Shown here in pieces: positions 60,070 to 64,000 of a stretch of DNA of 64,000 nt. Numbering within the stretch: the first letter of the stretch is position 1; each line of letters opens with the position of its first letter. This DNA comes from Gracilinanus agilis (lineage: Eukaryota), in assembly GCF_016433145.1 (NCBI RefSeq), contig NC_058135.1:296086205-296150204 (forward strand). Direction: 5' to 3'. The notes beneath the pieces were generated by a model, which worked only from the letters and a program-made list of their open reading frames with translations, was not told where the DNA came from and ran no database searches. The position numbers were made by a program, and so were the translations under genes.

Positions 60070-60750
60070 TGAAGGCATAAAAAGGCATTAAAAGACTGCC
60101 TGCCCTTTGATCCAGCCATGCCACTGCTGGGTTCGTACCCCAAAGAGATAATAAAGAAAAAGATTTGTACAAAAATATTCATAGCCATGCTCTTTGTGGT
60201 GGCAAAAAAACTGGAAAATGAGAGGGCATCCATCGATTGGGGAATGGCTGAACACATTGTAGTATCTGATGGGGATGGAATACTATTGTGCTGAAAGGAA
60301 TGATAAACTGGAGGAATTCCATGTGAACTGGAAAGACCTCCAGGAAGTGATACAGAGTGAAATGAGCAGAACCAGAAGAACATTGTATGCAAAGATGGAT
60401 ACATTGTAGCACAATCAAGAGGGACTTATTAGAAATAACACTATCCACATCCAGAGAAAGAACTGTGGGAGCAGAAATGCAGCAGAAAAACATATGATTG
60501 ATCACATGGTTCGATGAGGATGTGACTGGGGTTTCAGTGTTAAAAGATCACTCTATGGTAAATATGAATAATATGGAAAAAGGTTTTGAACAATGATACA
60601 TATATAACACAGTGGAATTGCTTGTCAGCTCCAGGAGTGGGGAGGTAAAAGGGGTGGGAAAAATCATGAATCATGTAACCATGGAAAAATATCCTAAATA
60701 AATTAAAAATAAAAAAATAATTTAAAAAATTTTAAGACTCAAAAAAAAAA
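60070..60750 (+). mobile_element. 5'-truncated L1 3' end with A tail
   Basis: Contains CCCTTTGATCCAGCCATGCCACTGCTGGG and ends in a poly-A at 60700-60750. Confidence 0.9.
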
Positions 60751-60759
60751 AATAATTAG

Positions 60760-61400
60760 AGGCATCCAGGATGTGCCAAAGGCAGGTGGCAGTAATCCCA
60801 CAGGGGAAGCTTTAGCAGCTGGGGGGGGGGGGGCAGAAAGGTCTCTCCTAGAGGAGGGCACTTGAGCTGAGCCTTAAGGGAAGCTAAGAAAGCCAGGGAG
60901 CAAAGGTGATAGAAGAAGAGAGGGGATGGCATTCCAGGCAGGGAGGAGAGCCAGTTCAAATGGGCAAAGAGGAGAAATGCTTGAGTAACCCCAAGTGGGC
61001 TAGTATAGCTGCATCATTGAGTACCCAGGAGGAATGATGGAAGAAAAAGGAAAAAGAGGAAATTACCATGTCAAAAAGGGCTTTGAATACCAAACAGATG
61101 GGTGGACATTTCAATCTAGTATGGGGTCCACTGGAGTTTAGTGAGTAGAGGGATAAGTCTTCAGGAAAATCACTTGGAGAGCTGACTGAAGGATTGCCTG
61201 AAATGTGGAGAGACTTGATGTAGGGAGTCAGCCATTGGAGTATGACAGCCTAATCAAGCCAAGGGGGATGGACGTCCATTTCCTTCAGAAGAAGAGTTTA
61301 GAGTTGGGCACGTTGACCTGAAAGTTATGACACAGAGATGATCGTGGAAGTGTTGGGGGCTGAGGAGGTCAGCAGGTGAGATGGAAGGGAGCTTTTCTGG
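60760..61400 (-). mobile_element. L2 fragment
   Basis: Contains GGCACTTGAGCTGAGCCTTAAGG, GGCATTCCAGGCAGGG and GGAAAATCACTTGG. Confidence 0.65.
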
Positions 61401-62149
61401 CCAGACCACTCTCAATCTCATCCTGTGCAGGGCAGCCTTAGGAGGCTCCTCCCCAACATGTGCTCTGGTATTCTGTGTTGGACTTTTTGCCTCTTTCCAG
61501 TCTCCCTCACATCGGGTAAAGGAAGTCCTTGACCTTTGAAGGGCACATCATGGAGCTGAAGCTAGGAAGGCTTCAAGCATTGCCAAGAGATGACAGAATG
61601 CTCCAAAGCCCATCTGACCAGCAGCTGCAACCCAGTGCAGACCATCAAGGGTGAAATCTCCAGCCAACATAAAGCAGATGCCTTCTCCCATTACTTCTGG
61701 GAGATTGCTGATTCACCTTAGAGCTGACTTGCCTGAAAAGACCTCACCAGTAACCAAACCATCCTTCTTCCTTATTTCTCTGGCTGCAATAATGGGGTGC
61801 AGGAAGAGGATTAAGTGAGCTGACCTAGTAAACCCCAGCACACGATGGCCATTATTTCCCACCATTCTGTGACCTCATCCTCTGACCCTGCCTATGGATT
61901 GGTGAGAGATTGACATAACTAAGCATTGGCCAGGCTACCACAGTGCACCCTGGCCATCACCTTCTTTCCCTGTAACATCTTCCCCATTTCCCTTTCCACC
62001 TCTTTGTCTGGAAATAGTCATCAAATCTCAAGAAATAATTCACCGCTTGATTATCTTATTCCTTCACGAACCAGTCCTGAGATTTTGCAGGCCAAAATGC
62101 CACTCACTTGTATGTGTTATCTATCTCCATCAGAATGTAAGCTTTTGGG

Positions 62150-62350
62150 GGCAGGTAGGCGGCTTAGTGTATAAAAAACCAGGCCTAGAGATGAAACGTC
62201 CCGGGTTCAAATCTTGCCTCAAACACATCCTAACTGTACTATCCTGGGAAAGTCACTTAATCCAATTGCCTAGCCCTTATCACAATTCTGCCTTGGAACC
62301 AATACATATGTTGATTCTAAGTCAGAAGGTATGGGTCTAAAAAGAAAAAA
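62150..62350 (+). mobile_element. Older long-tail CORE-SINE splitting an L2 3' end
   Basis: L2 tail continues on both sides (CAGAATGTAAGCTT ... GTGCCTGCACATAGTAAGCACTT). Confidence 0.8.
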
Positions 62351-62828
62351 AAAGAATGTCAACTTTTTAAGGATGGGGCTCTCTTGCTTTTGTACCCACG
62401 TGCCCAGAACTAGCACGGTGCCTGCACATAGTAAGCACTTCATGAATGCTTTTTTCATTAATTCACTCAGAACCAAAGAGTAGTTGGTTCTGAGCATAGT
62501 TCTGGCACCACCACTGTTTCCCTCCTTGACATACACTTTCCTCATCAGCAAAGTGAAAACAATAAGAAAACTATTTTACACCCTTCTCCCTAGGGCTGTT
62601 GAATGAGTCAAATAAGATCATTTTACTCGAGTGTTCTCTGCCTGGAAAATGAGATAGAAACAACAATGAATTACTATTGCCCTTGTCCAAGGTGCTGGAC
62701 CTGCTTTCCCAGTGTAGTGAGGTCCTGGAAACTCTGTTGAAAAGTCAATCATTACACAATGGACTGTGTTAGTCAGTCAATAAACAGGTATCAAGCGCCT
62801 ACTATGTACTTGGCGCTGTGTTAGGCAG

Positions 62829-62831
<3 letters not shown>

Positions 62832-62871
<40 letters not shown>
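62832..62871. repeat. (TG)n microsatellite
   Basis: Directly visible. Confidence 0.97.
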
Positions 62872-62873
<2 letters not shown>

Positions 62874-64000
62874 CTGTCATGTGGGTTATTAGAACCCTTT
62901 AGTGTCATGGGAAAAACACTAGACCAGTGGGTAGAAGCCATAGCAAATGAAGTCAGAATGGAATGAATAAAGCCTTAGGGAAAGTCAAGGATGACCTAAG
63001 AGAAGCATGTCCAGTCCAGTGGTTCCCAACCTTGTCAAGTGTAATGAAAACCATTACATGGAATATATATAGATATTCTCTGTCTGGATCCAGCTGGCCA
63101 TATGGGATCTTCAGGTTAGGGAATGCTGGGGGCCAAGTGATGACTTATTGCTCAATGTAATTGGTGTCCAAATATGCCATGACAGACCCTGAATGATCCC
63201 TTAGTTGTCCCTTAGCCCATTACAGCAGCCAGAGTGGCATTCTGCTTCTTTAAAAGAGGAGAAAAGTTCCCAGTGGGTGCTCTCTTGGTCACAGCTGTAC
63301 GCATGGCAAGATGAGCTTCCAGTATGGGCTGAGGGGAAAATAGAATTACAACCCTTAATATCATCATGATCCTATCCATGTAACAGCCAATTATAGGGGA
63401 CAAACCTAGGTGATCCCAGTGCTGGATCCTGGGTAGCCTTCATCTTGCTTGTGTCTCATTTCTTTGAGATGATCCAGTGAGTTAGAAAGGTCTGGAAGTC
63501 TGTGCATGGACACTGCAGCATCTACCAGAATGGCTGGATTTTGTCACAACAGCAGCAATAGGAGGAAGAGCCTGGTGGTGGAGAGGAGTCCCAGGCTTCT
63601 GTATCAGAGTCAGTGGCCACCAGAGTGAATGTCAAATCCAAACAGGAGCCTTCCAGACTGCTTTTGTGCCCTGGTGAGGTATGATGACCAGCCTATGAGA
63701 AAAATGTAACAGTAGCCGGCAGGTGTTATCGAATCCTATTTAAATCATTCTGCTAATGGGCACTGGGAGCCTATGGCCAGCACTTCTTTTTGAGTAAGAA
63801 TAAACTAGCCGACCCATGCCTGATTCATACTGTCAATTAGCCTTTCCTACTTCCCCTTTTGGGAAGAAGCCTTTGACAAGAGCCATAAATAAGTATGAAT
63901 CCAGGATACAAGTACTGGGTCTGCTAACCAGCCAATGAATGGGAGAAAGAGAGAGGATCCCCTTTTTTCAAGGGCAGGTTGCTCCAGGACTGAACCCTCA

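Noticed and set aside
63017-63033. hAT-like TIR CAGTGGTTCCCAACCTT
   Set aside because: No partner TIR or TSD found nearby.
1-64000. Exons of the expected neighbours NADSYN1 and OSBPL5; CRISPR arrays; rRNA, snRNA or NUMT
   Set aside because: No matching peptide or RNA motifs were seen. The tandem repeats lack unique spacers.

Overview
This is AT-rich, repeat-dense marsupial genomic DNA. Young SINE1_Mdo-type CORE-SINEs with intact TSDs point to Monodelphis or a close didelphid. Three single-coding-exon, plus-strand MAS-related GPCR genes sit in GC/CpG-rich blocks: an unassigned, atypical MRGPR paralog (16113-17036), MRGPRE (34337-35326) and MRGPRG (54736-55584). The E-then-G order and orientation match the eutherian locus as I recall it; the upstream paralog is extra. 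The rest is L1, L2, CR1/L3, MIR and RTE-related fragments, solo LTRs, an ERV protease remnant, two hAT MITEs with perfect 8-bp TSDs, a frameshifted 3'-truncated PPP2R2A retrocopy, microsatellites and two assembly gaps. The leads most worth following are: (i) an intact MRGPR paralog with rewired activation motifs; (ii) all three receptors lacking Arg3.50; (iii) a candidate spliced minus-strand transcript running head-to-head with that paralog; and (iv) old repeats that have become CpG-rich, suggesting GC-biased gene conversion. No prokaryote-type systems (CRISPR, operons) are present. Repeat family names are from pattern recognition and need Dfam/RepeatMasker confirmation; repeat boundaries are approximate unless TSDs are given.
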